Virus record (IMG/VR): IMGVR_UViG_3300027741_000040
Span: 1 to 64,000 of that record
Source: a virus
Strand: one strand, 5' to 3'
DNA: 64,000 nucleotides
Part shown: positions 1-9,512 of the stretch, in pieces
Position numbering within the stretch: the stretch's first letter is position 1
Layout of the letters: each line of letters starts with the position of its first letter
The notes under the pieces: generated by a model
Databases searched by the model: none
What the model was told of the DNA's origin: nothing
What the model saw: the letters and a program-made list of their open reading frames with translations, nothing else
Program-made: the position numbers and the translations under genes

Positions 1-2
1 CT

Positions 3-650
3 AGCGCAAATATAATTATTAAAAGCGCTGTTACTGTGGCTCCAGTTTTAACTTCTGGAACTTTAAGTCTTGTAGATTCTATAGTAGTTGCTGCTGTGAC
101 AAATGCTATCACATCAGCCTCTTCAAGCATCATTACTTTAGCTAACTGTCAAATGCTAACTTCGGCATTAAGTAATGTCGCCCCAGTTGTACTAAGTGGA
201 TTTTATTCAATATTAAATTGCGTATATGATAAAACAAACTCAACACTAGTAGCATTGTCTGCAACTGGTGGATCTACAAATTCTATTGATTATTTTCAAT
301 ATATTAATGCTGACAAATTTATTACTCAAGGGGGAACCTCTTCTGACTATGTAAAGGGTGATGGATCGTTAGGACTATTACCAAACACTATTGTTTATAC
401 AACTGGCAATCAAGCTATTAGTGGAGTTAAAACTTTTAGTGACCTTCCGTTTGTTAATGGAACTGGAATTAGTATTAGTGGTCATACCCACACATCTTCT
501 AATATAATTGATTTTAATAGTAGTGTTAGTGGCTTATTACCAATTACCAACATAATTGCTGGAAATGGAATTAATGTTGCTATTAGTGGAACAACAATTA
601 GTGTAACTAATACTGGACCAAAACTTGGTACTATCATGGCTTTAAGTTAA
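3..650 (+). CDS. Tail fibre-like protein, C-terminal part (5' end lies outside the window)
   Basis: The frame is open from position 3. S/T/G-rich beta-type sequence with the fibre motif GHTHTSSNIIDFNSSV and a 'TTGNQAISGVKTF' element typical of phage fibres. Confidence 0.6.
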   Translation, partial: SANIIIKSAVTVAPVLTSGTLSLVDSIVVAAVTNAITSASSSIITLANCQMLTSALSNVAPVVLSGFYSILNCVYDKTNSTLVALSATGGSTNSIDYFQYINADKFITQGGTSSDYVKGDGSLGLLPNTIVYTTGNQAISGVKTFSDLPFVNGTGISISGHTHTSSNIIDFNSSVSGLLPITNIIAGNGINVAISGTTISVTNTGPKLGTIMALS

Positions 651-660
651 AGGTAAAAAT

Positions 661-1035
661 ATGGCTAATCCAAATATTAATAGTCCGTCTAGTGTTTATG
701 CTAATAATTCATCAGTTAGTTTAACTACTACTAATTCTACGTTATTGGTTAGTAATGTTGCTAGTAGTAATAAATTATTCTTAATAGATGGTATTACTGT
801 TGCTAACATTGATACAGCTAATGCTGTTACAGTAACTATAACTTTTTATCGTACAGTTGATAATTCTGGAACTGCTTATGAACTAGGATCAACAGTTAGT
901 ATTCCCGCTAATTCCTCATTAATTATTGTTGATAAAAACCAAGGAGTTAGCTTACTAGAAGCTCAATCAATTTATGCTACAGCAGGAACAGCAAATAAAT
1001 TAAAAATTAATACTAGTTGGAAGGAGTATTCTTAA
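661..1035 (+). CDS. Small putative virion structural protein (124 aa)
   Basis: AAGG upstream; beta-rich MANPNI... protein within the fibre cluster; its stop overlaps the next start (TAATG). Confidence 0.6.
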   Translation: MANPNINSPSSVYANNSSVSLTTTNSTLLVSNVASSNKLFLIDGITVANIDTANAVTVTITFYRTVDNSGTAYELGSTVSIPANSSLIIVDKNQGVSLLEAQSIYATAGTANKLKINTSWKEYS

Positions 1036-1946
1036 TGAGAGTTAGAGGAGGATTAATAGGATCTAATCCATCAGTATCTCAAAATGCTGCTAGTAACATA
1101 TGGCATATTAGAGATGCTGAATCTTATAGTAGATCTAACAATTGGCCTGCGCTTCCAGGTGCGCCAACGAGTGTTTCTGGAACGGCTGGCAATACGCAGG
1201 TGGCTTTAACGTGGACGGCTCCAGCTTCAAACGGTGGTTTTGCCATTACCGATTACGCAATTCAATATTCAAGCAACAGCGGCAGCACATGGACTACGTT
1301 CAGCGGTCGCACGGCGTCTGCGACTGCGAGTCAGGTTGTGACCGGACTGACTAACGGAACGGCGTATGTGTTCCGCGTGGCTGCGAAAACGGCGCTTGGA
1401 ACCGGAGCTTATTCCACGCAAAGCGCTAGCGTCACTCCTGTCAACACGCAGACAACAACGCTCACCTCCGGTGGCGGAAGCAATAGCTGGAGATGGCAGG
1501 CAGATGGGTATGTCGATGCGACTGCGTCCAGCGGCAGCCAATTTATAATTGGCAATGTCGATGGCTCAACGGCTGCTTATTCTGGTTGGCGAACGACATG
1601 GTCTGTCTCGCCAAAGCCGGCATCGGTCGCGTCCGCAACACTGACGTTTCCAACCGGCAGCGTTGCAGGGGCGGCGTTCTCTATCGTCATTCGCGGATGC
1701 GCTGCCGACAACGCCGGCACGCTATTGACAGGTGACTCGCAAACTAGCGCCTCTGTGTCCGTCACCCGTCCAAGTTCTGGGAATCTCGTTGCTGATGTGA
1801 CCTCTATCGTAAATCAGATTATCGGGCGTGCGGGCTGGGTGTCTGGAAACTCGTTAGTTTTCTACCTGCTGCCGTCTGGGCAGGGTGCAGACTGCGATTG
1901 GCGAATGACCTCTGACACCGCCGGCATGCTGTCGATCACATGGTAG
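1035..1946 (+). CDS. Fibronectin type III domain adhesin/tail-fibre accessory protein
   Basis: Start at the TAATG overlap. FN3 signature PGAPTSV...LTWTAP..NGG..ITDY.IQYS...VTGLTNGTAYVFRVAA, followed by a beta-sandwich ending DVTSIVNQIIGRAGWVSGNSLVF. Confidence 0.8.
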   Translation: MRVRGGLIGSNPSVSQNAASNIWHIRDAESYSRSNNWPALPGAPTSVSGTAGNTQVALTWTAPASNGGFAITDYAIQYSSNSGSTWTTFSGRTASATASQVVTGLTNGTAYVFRVAAKTALGTGAYSTQSASVTPVNTQTTTLTSGGGSNSWRWQADGYVDATASSGSQFIIGNVDGSTAAYSGWRTTWSVSPKPASVASATLTFPTGSVAGAAFSIVIRGCAADNAGTLLTGDSQTSASVSVTRPSSGNLVADVTSIVNQIIGRAGWVSGNSLVFYLLPSGQGADCDWRMTSDTAGMLSITW

Positions 1947-1957
1947 TTCCACTCCAT

Positions 1958-2122
1958 ATGAAATCACTCCTCCTAGACCTCATCGTCACCAGTGCCGTCA
2001 CTGGATTCTGCCTGTGGCGTTGGTCAACGCTGCTGCCTCGCGTGATGCAAGCGATTCAGCCCGTGGCGGCTGCGCGAGATTTACGCAGACGATATAATAC
2101 TTTGGGAAAGTTTACAACCTAG
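1958..2122 (+). CDS. Small hydrophobic protein, possibly a truncated remnant carried on the high-GC segment
   Basis: ATG at 1958; hydrophobic N-terminus (LLLDLIVTSAVTGFCLWRW); GC content collapses inside the ORF near 2090. Confidence 0.35.
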   Translation: MKSLLLDLIVTSAVTGFCLWRWSTLLPRVMQAIQPVAAARDLRRRYNTLGKFTT

Positions 2123-2132
2123 TGTATAGTAT
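2121..2132 (+). promoter_or_regulatory. Candidate late promoter variant AGTGTATAGTAT
   Basis: About 30 nt before the ATG at 2158; the identical 12-mer occurs at 7733, upstream of 7772. Confidence 0.45.
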
Positions 2133-2157
2133 ACTAGTTATTTAATAAGGAATTAAT

Positions 2158-2997
2158 ATGCCTCTTTCAAGAATACAATTATATCAAGGTAGTCCTATTC
2201 CTTCTGGATATAATGCTCCCAGCATATCTGGACAAATAGCCTATGATGGTAATCATTTTTATATAGCAGGAGCCAATAATACTTGGTTAAGAACACAACT
2301 AAGTTCTTGGTCCTCTTCTGCATCTGACACAAGTTTTTCATCAGTTTCATTGCTAATGAATTTTGAAGGAAATTTTCTTGATCAATCATCAAACCCCAAA
2401 ACACTAACAGCCTCGGGAGGTATTAGCACCTCTATCATCCAATCAAGATCCGGGTCATCCTCTGCATTATTTGATGGAATTAATGACTCTATAGGGGTTT
2501 CTGATAGTAATAATAATTTAGTATTAGGGAGTGGAGATTATACTGTCGAGGCATGGGTTTATCCATTAGTCTATAATCAAGAAACATTAATTGGTAATAG
2601 GAATTTTAGTAAAGATTTGATAATAATATCAGCAGACAATACATATTTTTTTATTGCTAATGATTATTCTGGAACAGCAGGACAATTAGCGTATTATAGT
2701 ACCGACACTGCCGCCGCTATTGGTCTATATTCATCTCAAAAAATATCTAGAAATATATGGAGTCATATTGCTTGGTGTAGATCTGGGTCAACATTAAAAT
2801 CTTTTATTAATGGAAGTCAAGTTGCATCAATAACAGAAACAAGAACATATTCTCAGTCTCTTGCTCGTATTGGCGCTACTCCAGATAATGCTGGAAGATT
2901 TTTTAATGGTTATATCGATTCATTAAGGATAACAAAGGGAATAGCGAGATATACCACCAGTTTCACTGTTCCAATAACATCATTTCCTACTTATTAA
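2158..2997 (+). CDS. LamG/concanavalin A-like lectin domain tail-associated protein
   Basis: AAGGA RBS. Motifs SVSLLMNFEG, SALFDG, GDYTVEAWVYP, WSHIAWCRSGSTLKSFING and FNGYIDSLRITKG are typical of Laminin_G_3. Confidence 0.85.
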   Translation: MPLSRIQLYQGSPIPSGYNAPSISGQIAYDGNHFYIAGANNTWLRTQLSSWSSSASDTSFSSVSLLMNFEGNFLDQSSNPKTLTASGGISTSIIQSRSGSSSALFDGINDSIGVSDSNNNLVLGSGDYTVEAWVYPLVYNQETLIGNRNFSKDLIIISADNTYFFIANDYSGTAGQLAYYSTDTAAAIGLYSSQKISRNIWSHIAWCRSGSTLKSFINGSQVASITETRTYSQSLARIGATPDNAGRFFNGYIDSLRITKGIARYTTSFTVPITSFPTY

Positions 2998-3006
2998 ATT
3001 TATAAT

Positions 3007-3210
3007 ATGTCACTATCATACAATAATTCAATCTTAGCTCAAACTATTACTGTTAGCGGTACCAACAATACCTCGGTCACTGGAGTACTAACATCTACTA
3101 GTGGTAATTTTACTAATAATCTACAAATAGGTAGTAATAATTTGACAACATCTAATACTCTTAATATAATAAATAGTGCAAATTTTTATCTATGGTCTAA
3201 TTTCAGATAG
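3007..3210 (+). CDS. Small hypothetical fibre-associated protein (67 aa)
   Basis: Tightly packed ORF in the operon, N/S/T-rich. Confidence 0.5.
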   Translation: MSLSYNNSILAQTITVSGTNNTSVTGVLTSTSGNFTNNLQIGSNNLTTSNTLNIINSANFYLWSNFR

Positions 3211-3219
3211 GAGCTTATT

Positions 3220-3603
3220 ATGGCAGCTAGTCCAGTTTTCGCAGTAACACCAAGAATGGCGTCGGTTTCGATAGCAACAGCAGATGCTAGTTATACAGCA
3301 CCAAGTAGCGTTGGAACTTTAATAACAGGGGCTTCAACAGGAACTAGAGTAGCAGAAATTGTGGTAAAATGTGCTGCGACTAGTGCTGCTGCTATTGTTA
3401 GAATATTTTTATACGATGGTACTAATTATTGGTTATTTGACGAAGTCACCGTAGCTGCTGCAACAGGCTCTTCAACTGTTCAGCAAACTAGAGTAAGTAC
3501 CACATACAATAATTTGATTTTACCAAGTGCTTCATGGTCAGTAAGAGTGACTACGTCGGTTGCACAGGCTACTCACGTTACGGCTTTAGGAGCAGACTTA
3601 TAA
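3220..3603 (+). CDS. Small putative virion structural protein (127 aa)
   Basis: GGAG RBS; beta-rich; TAATG overlap with the next gene. Confidence 0.65.
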   Translation: MAASPVFAVTPRMASVSIATADASYTAPSSVGTLITGASTGTRVAEIVVKCAATSAAAIVRIFLYDGTNYWLFDEVTVAAATGSSTVQQTRVSTTYNNLILPSASWSVRVTTSVAQATHVTALGADL

Positions 3604-4472
3604 TGAATCAGGGTATTTATGCAATTGGTGGTGCTACAATAGCATCAGTACCGTATGGTATCAATGGGGTTACTGCGCCAACTAGCGTTAGAGTACTTGT
3701 TGTTGGTGGAGGTGGTGCTGGCGGTTCTGGTGGTGCATCAGCAACCATTGGCGGTGGCGGCGGTGGTGGCGCGGTCGTTGAGCAGACTGTTTCTGTGACT
3801 TTAAATACAGCTATTTCTGTTACTGTTGGTGCAGGCGGAGCCGGGTCTGTTACAACCAGCATTAGAAGTAGCTACGGTAACTCTAGTAGATTTGATAATG
3901 TGTTTGCTATTGGCGGCGGCAGTGGAGGAATAAACGATAGTAACGGAACTCCTGCTCCCTATGTTCGCCTTGGTGGTAATGGAGCAAGTGGAGGGGGGAG
4001 ATCAGCAACGACCGGTAATGTTGGAGACACCGTAGGCGTATCTATAACTGGTACTGGTTTCTCTGGCGCTACTGGAGATGGTTTTAATCCTGGAGGAGGT
4101 GGAGGTGCTGGTGCTGCTGGCTCGAATAATGGTACAGGAGGTGCCGGTAGAACTGCTAATCTGAATGGTGTAACTTATGCTGGTGGTGGTGGTGGAGGTA
4201 GAGGTTCGGCTGGAGGAACAGGCGGAGGTGGTGCTGGTGGCTCATCTGGTGTAGCGGCAATAGCAGGAACATCTAATACTGGAGGTGGCGGTGGTGGTGC
4301 TTTTGCCGCTTCTACAGCTACTGGTACTGGTGGAAGCGGAGTTGTTGTTATTCGATGCTCTGCAAGTTTAAATATTAGGCTAGGAGTCGGTTTAACTTAC
4401 ATAATTTCTACAATTAGTGGAGATAAGTTAATTACAATTACAGCAGGAACAGATACTGTTACTTTTTTCTAA
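3603..4472 (+). CDS. Glycine-rich tail-fibre/adhesin-like protein
   Basis: ATG at 3603 by TAATG coupling. VRVLVVGGGGAGG...GGGGG...NTGGGGGG...GGSGVVVIR is the common phage glycine-rich domain. Confidence 0.8.
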   Translation: MNQGIYAIGGATIASVPYGINGVTAPTSVRVLVVGGGGAGGSGGASATIGGGGGGGAVVEQTVSVTLNTAISVTVGAGGAGSVTTSIRSSYGNSSRFDNVFAIGGGSGGINDSNGTPAPYVRLGGNGASGGGRSATTGNVGDTVGVSITGTGFSGATGDGFNPGGGGGAGAAGSNNGTGGAGRTANLNGVTYAGGGGGGRGSAGGTGGGGAGGSSGVAAIAGTSNTGGGGGGAFAASTATGTGGSGVVVIRCSASLNIRLGVGLTYIISTISGDKLITITAGTDTVTFF

Positions 4473-4484
4473 AAGGATATTAAT

Positions 4485-4799
4485 ATGGCTCATTATGCAT
4501 TTTTAGACACAAACAATATGGTAACAGAAGTTATAGTTGGTAAAAATGAAAATGAAAATAATATTGATTGGGAACAGCATTATGGTGAATTTAGAGGACA
4601 AAAATGTAAACGAACTTCATATAATACGGTTGGTGGAGCTCATAACAGAGGTGGAGTTCCATACCGAAAAAATTATGCTGGAATAGGTTATGTTTTTAGA
4701 GAAGACATAAATGTTCCAGAAGGAGCTTTTGTTCCACCTTGTCCTGGTGAGGAATATGTTTTAGATGAGACTACCGGATTATGGATTATTCCGAATTAG
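4485..4799 (+). CDS. Conserved phage protein that typically follows glycine-rich fibre genes (possible fibre assembly factor)
   Basis: MAHYAFLD.NN.VTEVIVG...KRTSYNT...RKNYAGIGY motif; AAGGA RBS. Confidence 0.65.
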   Translation: MAHYAFLDTNNMVTEVIVGKNENENNIDWEQHYGEFRGQKCKRTSYNTVGGAHNRGGVPYRKNYAGIGYVFREDINVPEGAFVPPCPGEEYVLDETTGLWIIPN

Positions 4800-4834
4800 C
4801 CATTTAATTTAAAATTCTATGCCCTTCACTATAA

Positions 4835-4841
4835 GGTGTAT
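4835..4841 (+). promoter_or_regulatory. Candidate late promoter GGTGTAT
   Basis: Intergenic, about 40 nt before the ATG at 4880; the same motif precedes several operon starts. Confidence 0.6.
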
Positions 4842-4879
4842 TAAAGGCTAGACATTCTATCCTTCTAAAAGGGTCAAAT

Positions 4880-5395
4880 ATGAGCTGGAAAAAAGAAATT
4901 CCTATTATTGTACGAACTCTTATCAATGATTTATCAGAAATCCCCACATATTCTGACGAAAGATTACTACAAATCATATCAGTAGCGGCCAAATATGTTC
5001 AATTTGATGTTGTTTTAGATAATCCATATACTATAGATGTTGTTCGTCCAAATATTAGTCCAGATCCGACAGTTAATGATGATAGTATTTTTATTAGTCT
5101 GGTGTCATTAAAATCAGCTTGTATAGTCGATCAAAGTGTTTTGCGAACAAAGGCTGCTTTGGAAGGTATTAGGGCGGCACTTGGTCCAGCACAGCTTAGT
5201 GTTGGTGGTAGTTTAGCAGGATTGAAGATGATTATCGAAGAAGGTCCATGCGCAGCTTACGAAGAACTAACATCTCACTGGGATGTTCGAGAAGCAACTG
5301 CTATTCGCGCTATTCTTAGTCCGTTTGTTGGTAATCGTTTTGACCCAACAAGCCTAACATATCCTGGCGACCCAAGAAGAAATATGTTTTCATAA
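4880..5395 (+). CDS. Putative head-tail connector/adaptor protein
   Basis: 171 aa; N-terminal VRTLINDL...YSDERL resembles gp6/gp15-like adaptors; first gene of the neck block. Confidence 0.5.
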   Translation: MSWKKEIPIIVRTLINDLSEIPTYSDERLLQIISVAAKYVQFDVVLDNPYTIDVVRPNISPDPTVNDDSIFISLVSLKSACIVDQSVLRTKAALEGIRAALGPAQLSVGGSLAGLKMIIEEGPCAAYEELTSHWDVREATAIRAILSPFVGNRFDPTSLTYPGDPRRNMFS

Positions 5396-5408
5396 AAAGG
5401 ATCCAATT

Positions 5409-6425
5409 ATGGCAGCAGCTACATATAATTTTAATATCGAACAAGGTTCTGATTTTATTCTTAAATTTCAATATAATGATGAAAATAATATACCTGTTAA
5501 TTTAAGTGGCAAATGTGTTGTTTTAAGATGGGCACAAAATGACGGAGGTGGAAAAGTCTTCTCAACGTCTGTTCCAGCAAGTTTGGAAAATGAAGATAGT
5601 GGATATTCATTAGTAGCCGATTCTCAGGGCACAATTACACTACAAATTTCAGCCCAAAAAACTAAACTATACTCATTCACTTCTGCTACCTATGATTTAG
5701 ATATTATCGAAACAGATGGTATTCTCAAAAAGAATACTAGACTATCAACTGGAAGTGTTGGTATTCTAAGAAGAAATTTTGATATTATTACAGACTGTAC
5801 TACACTAAGCTTAAATCCAGATATTCCACCACCAACACTCACACCAACAGTCACAAGCATAGCAACCACAGGTATCACTCCTACCCCGACCACAGCATTG
5901 CAAAATATTGATTTGTGTATGCCAGAAGATTGTCTAGAGCTTGATATCTATTCAGTAGTTTATTCTGGATCGGGACTAAGTATAGCTGATAATTCAAATA
6001 ATAGTGGAATAATACATACTACAGACAGTAGACTAATAGAGAATATAGAAGTAGCTATCAACGGACTCACCCATTCTGCTGCCCAAGACTTGACATTTTT
6101 ATTAGCTCCTCCTTCTGGAGATACAGTTTTACTATCTGCAAATACTAAGATAGCTAATTATAAAGATAATTTTAGTTTTATGTTTTCTAATAAGGCTATT
6201 GGAGATCAATATTTGAATACTGTTTCTCATGGCGGATTGTGCAATATTTATGATAAGACTAATATTACCAAATTCAATAATAGTACTTTAGTCAGCACCT
6301 TGAGCAATCTGTTCAATTATTCCAATACTGGAAATTGGACTTTATATGTTAATGATAATGATATTGGAGCATCTGGATCCATTAGCTCATGGAAACTTAT
6401 TGTAACCTATATACCAGCTGGATAA
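5409..6425 (+). CDS. Virion protein: N-terminal attachment beta-sandwich, Thr/Pro linker and proprotein-convertase P-domain
   Basis: N-terminal YNFNIEQGSDF...YDLDI. C-terminal IENIEVAINGLTH...DLTFLLAPPSG...GNWTLYVND...SGSISSWKL matches the P_proprotein pattern. Confidence 0.7.
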   Translation: MAAATYNFNIEQGSDFILKFQYNDENNIPVNLSGKCVVLRWAQNDGGGKVFSTSVPASLENEDSGYSLVADSQGTITLQISAQKTKLYSFTSATYDLDIIETDGILKKNTRLSTGSVGILRRNFDIITDCTTLSLNPDIPPPTLTPTVTSIATTGITPTPTTALQNIDLCMPEDCLELDIYSVVYSGSGLSIADNSNNSGIIHTTDSRLIENIEVAINGLTHSAAQDLTFLLAPPSGDTVLLSANTKIANYKDNFSFMFSNKAIGDQYLNTVSHGGLCNIYDKTNITKFNNSTLVSTLSNLFNYSNTGNWTLYVNDNDIGASGSISSWKLIVTYIPAG

Positions 6426-6428
6426 TCT

Positions 6429-6623
6429 ATGAATATACAAAGTTTATCATTTAATAAATATACATTATCCGCAACTATACCACATAATGTAATCGTTTAT
6501 AGTGATGACAACAATACACACACAGTAACACTAAATAGATTTCCACTAGTAGCAGATATTACAAAAAAAGAAATAATTGGCGCTACATTTAAACAACCTA
6601 ATAAAACTATATATTATGTTTGA
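6429..6623 (+). CDS. Small hypothetical protein (64 aa)
   Basis: Fills the gap between two genes with tight spacing. Confidence 0.45.
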   Translation: MNIQSLSFNKYTLSATIPHNVIVYSDDNNTHTVTLNRFPLVADITKKEIIGATFKQPNKTIYYV

Positions 6624-7137
6624 AAATTTAATTACCAAAGAATTTAAGGCGCTTTTTAATGATGCTATTGATACAATAGTAGCTCAAAACGGACTATCTG
6701 TTCCTTGTCGTTTAAACTATTCTGGAGAGACTAATTCAACTCTTTGTCCTAATTGCGAATATGATTCAATTTCTAAGCTATCTGCAAATATCTATAAGAC
6801 TGGTGGTCCTGTAGTTTTTCCAAATAATCACATATGTCCAGTATGTATGGGTATAGGCATTATTAAGAGTGATTCATCAGAAGTGTTATATATGGCAGCC
6901 ATATTTGATAGTAAATATTTTGTGAATTGGTCAACAGATGTTGTAAATATACCAGGAGGAATGGTCCAAACAATATGTCCTATAACATATTTGTCCAAAA
7001 TCCGTAATGCTAATGAAGTTGTTTTTGATACCAGTATTGAAAATTATGGTAGTTATGTTTACGAAAGAACTGGAGATCCTATGCCAGCGGGTTTAGGAGA
7101 TAATAGATATATAATTACAATGTGGAAACGCAAATGA
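6616..7137 (+). CDS. Putative head-closure/head-tail joining protein with a CxxC...CxxC zinc finger
   Basis: Likely start MFENL at 6616; CPNC and CPVCMG motifs; position in the neck block; ATGA overlap with the next gene. Confidence 0.5.
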   Translation: MFENLITKEFKALFNDAIDTIVAQNGLSVPCRLNYSGETNSTLCPNCEYDSISKLSANIYKTGGPVVFPNNHICPVCMGIGIIKSDSSEVLYMAAIFDSKYFVNWSTDVVNIPGGMVQTICPITYLSKIRNANEVVFDTSIENYGSYVYERTGDPMPAGLGDNRYIITMWKRK

Positions 7138-7775
7138 ACCTATCACTCACCATACTAGAAAGTGATAGTCAAATTAGGTCTTTAATATTAGAACAAATTA
7201 AAAAGGAGATAAATGAATCTATTTCTAAATCAATACCTAAAATTACTAACGAAATTAAATTAGCAGTAGTCTTGGCATTAAAAGCAGAACCAGAATATCA
7301 ATCATTAATTGGTGGCGAACTAAAAGCAGAGCTTGGTATACCAGATGTTGGACAGGTTGATGGGGTTATTGATCTTATGGTAGAGACACTTAAAGTGAGA
7401 ACCATACCCATTAAACCGGGTTCTTTTGGATTATCCGGAGGATTTGAACTCACAATGCTTGAATCTTCAGACCTAGGAGGAGTTATCTCTGCTCCACCAG
7501 CATATGTAACAGATATTAAGGGCTATTCATTACCATGGTTGGAGTGGCTGTGTTTAAGAAATAATGAGATTATAGTGAAAAATTTTGATATTAAATATGG
7601 TCCAAGTCCTAATTCAAGATCAGGGATGGGTATTATGGTTCCTTCTTCAAGTTCTTGGAGAGTACCTCCGGCATTTGCTGGTTCTAGCAATAAAAACTGG
7701 ACCACCAGAGCAATAGAAAGAGTTGAGTCACAAGTGTATAGTATTATACAAAAAAATATTGAGGCAAATATATGA
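7134..7775 (+). CDS. Putative neck/tail-completion protein
   Basis: ATGA-coupled start; LPWLEWL and NWTTRAI motifs; syntenic position between the head-closure-like and terminator-like genes. Confidence 0.45.
   Translation: MNLSLTILESDSQIRSLILEQIKKEINESISKSIPKITNEIKLAVVLALKAEPEYQSLIGGELKAELGIPDVGQVDGVIDLMVETLKVRTIPIKPGSFGLSGGFELTMLESSDLGGVISAPPAYVTDIKGYSLPWLEWLCLRNNEIIVKNFDIKYGPSPNSRSGMGIMVPSSSSWRVPPAFAGSSNKNWTTRAIERVESQVYSIIQKNIEANI
7733..7744 (+). promoter_or_regulatory. Candidate late promoter variant AGTGTATAGTAT
   Basis: About 30 nt before the ATG at 7772, inside the 3' end of the previous gene. Confidence 0.4.
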
Positions 7776-8701
7776 CTAAATTTTTAGAAGTTACCAGTAT
7801 AGGGCAAAAAAATAGGATATCAAGCCTAGAAGACAATCTTAAAAGTTTTTTAGACTGGGCTTTTTTAAATATAGGAGCATATGTTAATGTTACAGTTCCT
7901 ACTAGTGGAATTGCAGGATCTAATTTTCATCAACTAAAACCAGTAACAGATCCTTCCAATAAGATTAAAGTTTGGGAAGCCATCAGAAAAGACTGGGTAT
8001 ATGAAAGCGGTATAGCTAATCAGTCCCCAATACAAATTTCTGGCGTATATCTTAATGGAAACTTTTTACCAGCCCCTAGTGGTAGTGGTTTATATACTTA
8101 TAGTTTAAATTATCCTCTTGGTAGAGTCACGTTTAATAATCCTGTCTCTTTGTCTAGCAATGTTCAATTAAATTATTCATATAGATATGTACAGGTATAT
8201 AAATCTAGTGAAGCAAGCTGGTGGAAAGAAGTCGAGGAACTCACTTACAACCCTGCGGCATTTAAAAACAATGGTGACGCTAGTATCGCAGCAAATCATA
8301 GAGTTGAACTTCCTGCTATTATAATAGAGTTAGCCCCAAGGACTCAACAAATTCCTAGACAATTAGGGACAACACAAAATATTCTTATACAAGACATACT
8401 ATTACATATTTTAGCAGAAAATCCCGTTCAAAGGAATAATCTAATAGATATTTTAATGCTACAAAAAGATAAAACTTTTTATATGTATGATGTTAATAAA
8501 GTAATACAAAATCATGTATATAATATTAACTATAGGGGAGAAATCAATAATTCCGGATTAAATTATGATCAAATAGTAGCCAACCCAGAGTATCAAGAAT
8601 ACTATACATATATAAAAGACGCTTATTTATCAGAAGTAAACTCATTGAGCTCTAATTTGCATAATGGCGTTGTAAGATGGTCAGTAGAAATGTATCCATA
8701 G
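7772..8701 (+). CDS. Putative tail terminator-like protein
   Basis: VELPAIIIE...QDILLHILAE..QRNNLIDIL pattern resembles tail terminators; lies just upstream of the tube genes. Confidence 0.45.
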   Translation: MTKFLEVTSIGQKNRISSLEDNLKSFLDWAFLNIGAYVNVTVPTSGIAGSNFHQLKPVTDPSNKIKVWEAIRKDWVYESGIANQSPIQISGVYLNGNFLPAPSGSGLYTYSLNYPLGRVTFNNPVSLSSNVQLNYSYRYVQVYKSSEASWWKEVEELTYNPAAFKNNGDASIAANHRVELPAIIIELAPRTQQIPRQLGTTQNILIQDILLHILAENPVQRNNLIDILMLQKDKTFYMYDVNKVIQNHVYNINYRGEINNSGLNYDQIVANPEYQEYYTYIKDAYLSEVNSLSSNLHNGVVRWSVEMYP

Positions 8702-8718
8702 GACTTTAGGAGAAGATA

Positions 8719-9459
8719 ATGCTTAGTACTAAATGTGAAAAATGCTTATTTGCAAATCAAAATAATGGAAATAAATTTACTGAATGTTCACAAAATATTA
8801 TTCAAAAAATTAAAGGCAGTAAAACGATAACACAAGAAGATAATTTTAATGTGATCCATGAATATGCTTGTAGATATGGTTTTGCGAAAGAAGTTTATGA
8901 AACCAACAAAGATGAACTCAAAGACATAGATCTTTTACAACATATCAAAACCAATGCTCAAATGAAGTATTATTTACTATTAGATGTCGATTCGCAACAA
9001 GATATTGACCATATCATTGATACTTTGAATAATCTTGAAATTAAACCACAATTTGTGTCATTAATGTTTAGAAATTCAGAATTAAAAAGCTTCACTCAAC
9101 AAGATAAAGAACTATTAACTTCAAAAATTAATATACAATGGAAATGCCATAATTTTACACACCAAATTAATCTACAAGATGCCATTGATCATATTTTATC
9201 AACTAATATGCAAATAAGCAAGAGTTCTCATTTTTTAGTGTATGACTCAATAAATCTACAGAAACTATCTTTGGATATTAATTATATTAACGATATTCTA
9301 GTGCTATATCAAAAACCACATATAGCAATGATTAAAGACCTTACCTCCTTAAATAAATTATTTATGAGTTTTGAAAACTATAAAGTTGCTAAATCTTTAG
9401 GAGAAAATATTTTAGATATTCTCAAGACAGAATCTCAGTCTGAAATCATAGAATTTTGA
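8719..9459 (+). CDS. Hypothetical protein (246 aa) with an N-terminal CxxC
   Basis: AGGAG RBS; no function recognised. Confidence 0.55.
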   Translation: MLSTKCEKCLFANQNNGNKFTECSQNIIQKIKGSKTITQEDNFNVIHEYACRYGFAKEVYETNKDELKDIDLLQHIKTNAQMKYYLLLDVDSQQDIDHIIDTLNNLEIKPQFVSLMFRNSELKSFTQQDKELLTSKINIQWKCHNFTHQINLQDAIDHILSTNMQISKSSHFLVYDSINLQKLSLDINYINDILVLYQKPHIAMIKDLTSLNKLFMSFENYKVAKSLGENILDILKTESQSEIIEF

Positions 9460-9465
9460 TTTTAA

Positions 9466-9472
9466 GGTGTAT
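9466..9472 (+). promoter_or_regulatory. Candidate late promoter GGTGTAT
   Basis: Intergenic, upstream of the first tube paralog. Confidence 0.6.
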
Positions 9473-9512
9473 TTAGTTATTAACTACCGAATCAAAGATA
9501 TGGAGCACAATA

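Noticed and set aside
1142-1765. Overlapping alternative-frame ORFs in the GC-rich segment
   Set aside because: Expected from stop-codon scarcity at about 60% GC; the FN3 frame explains the region.
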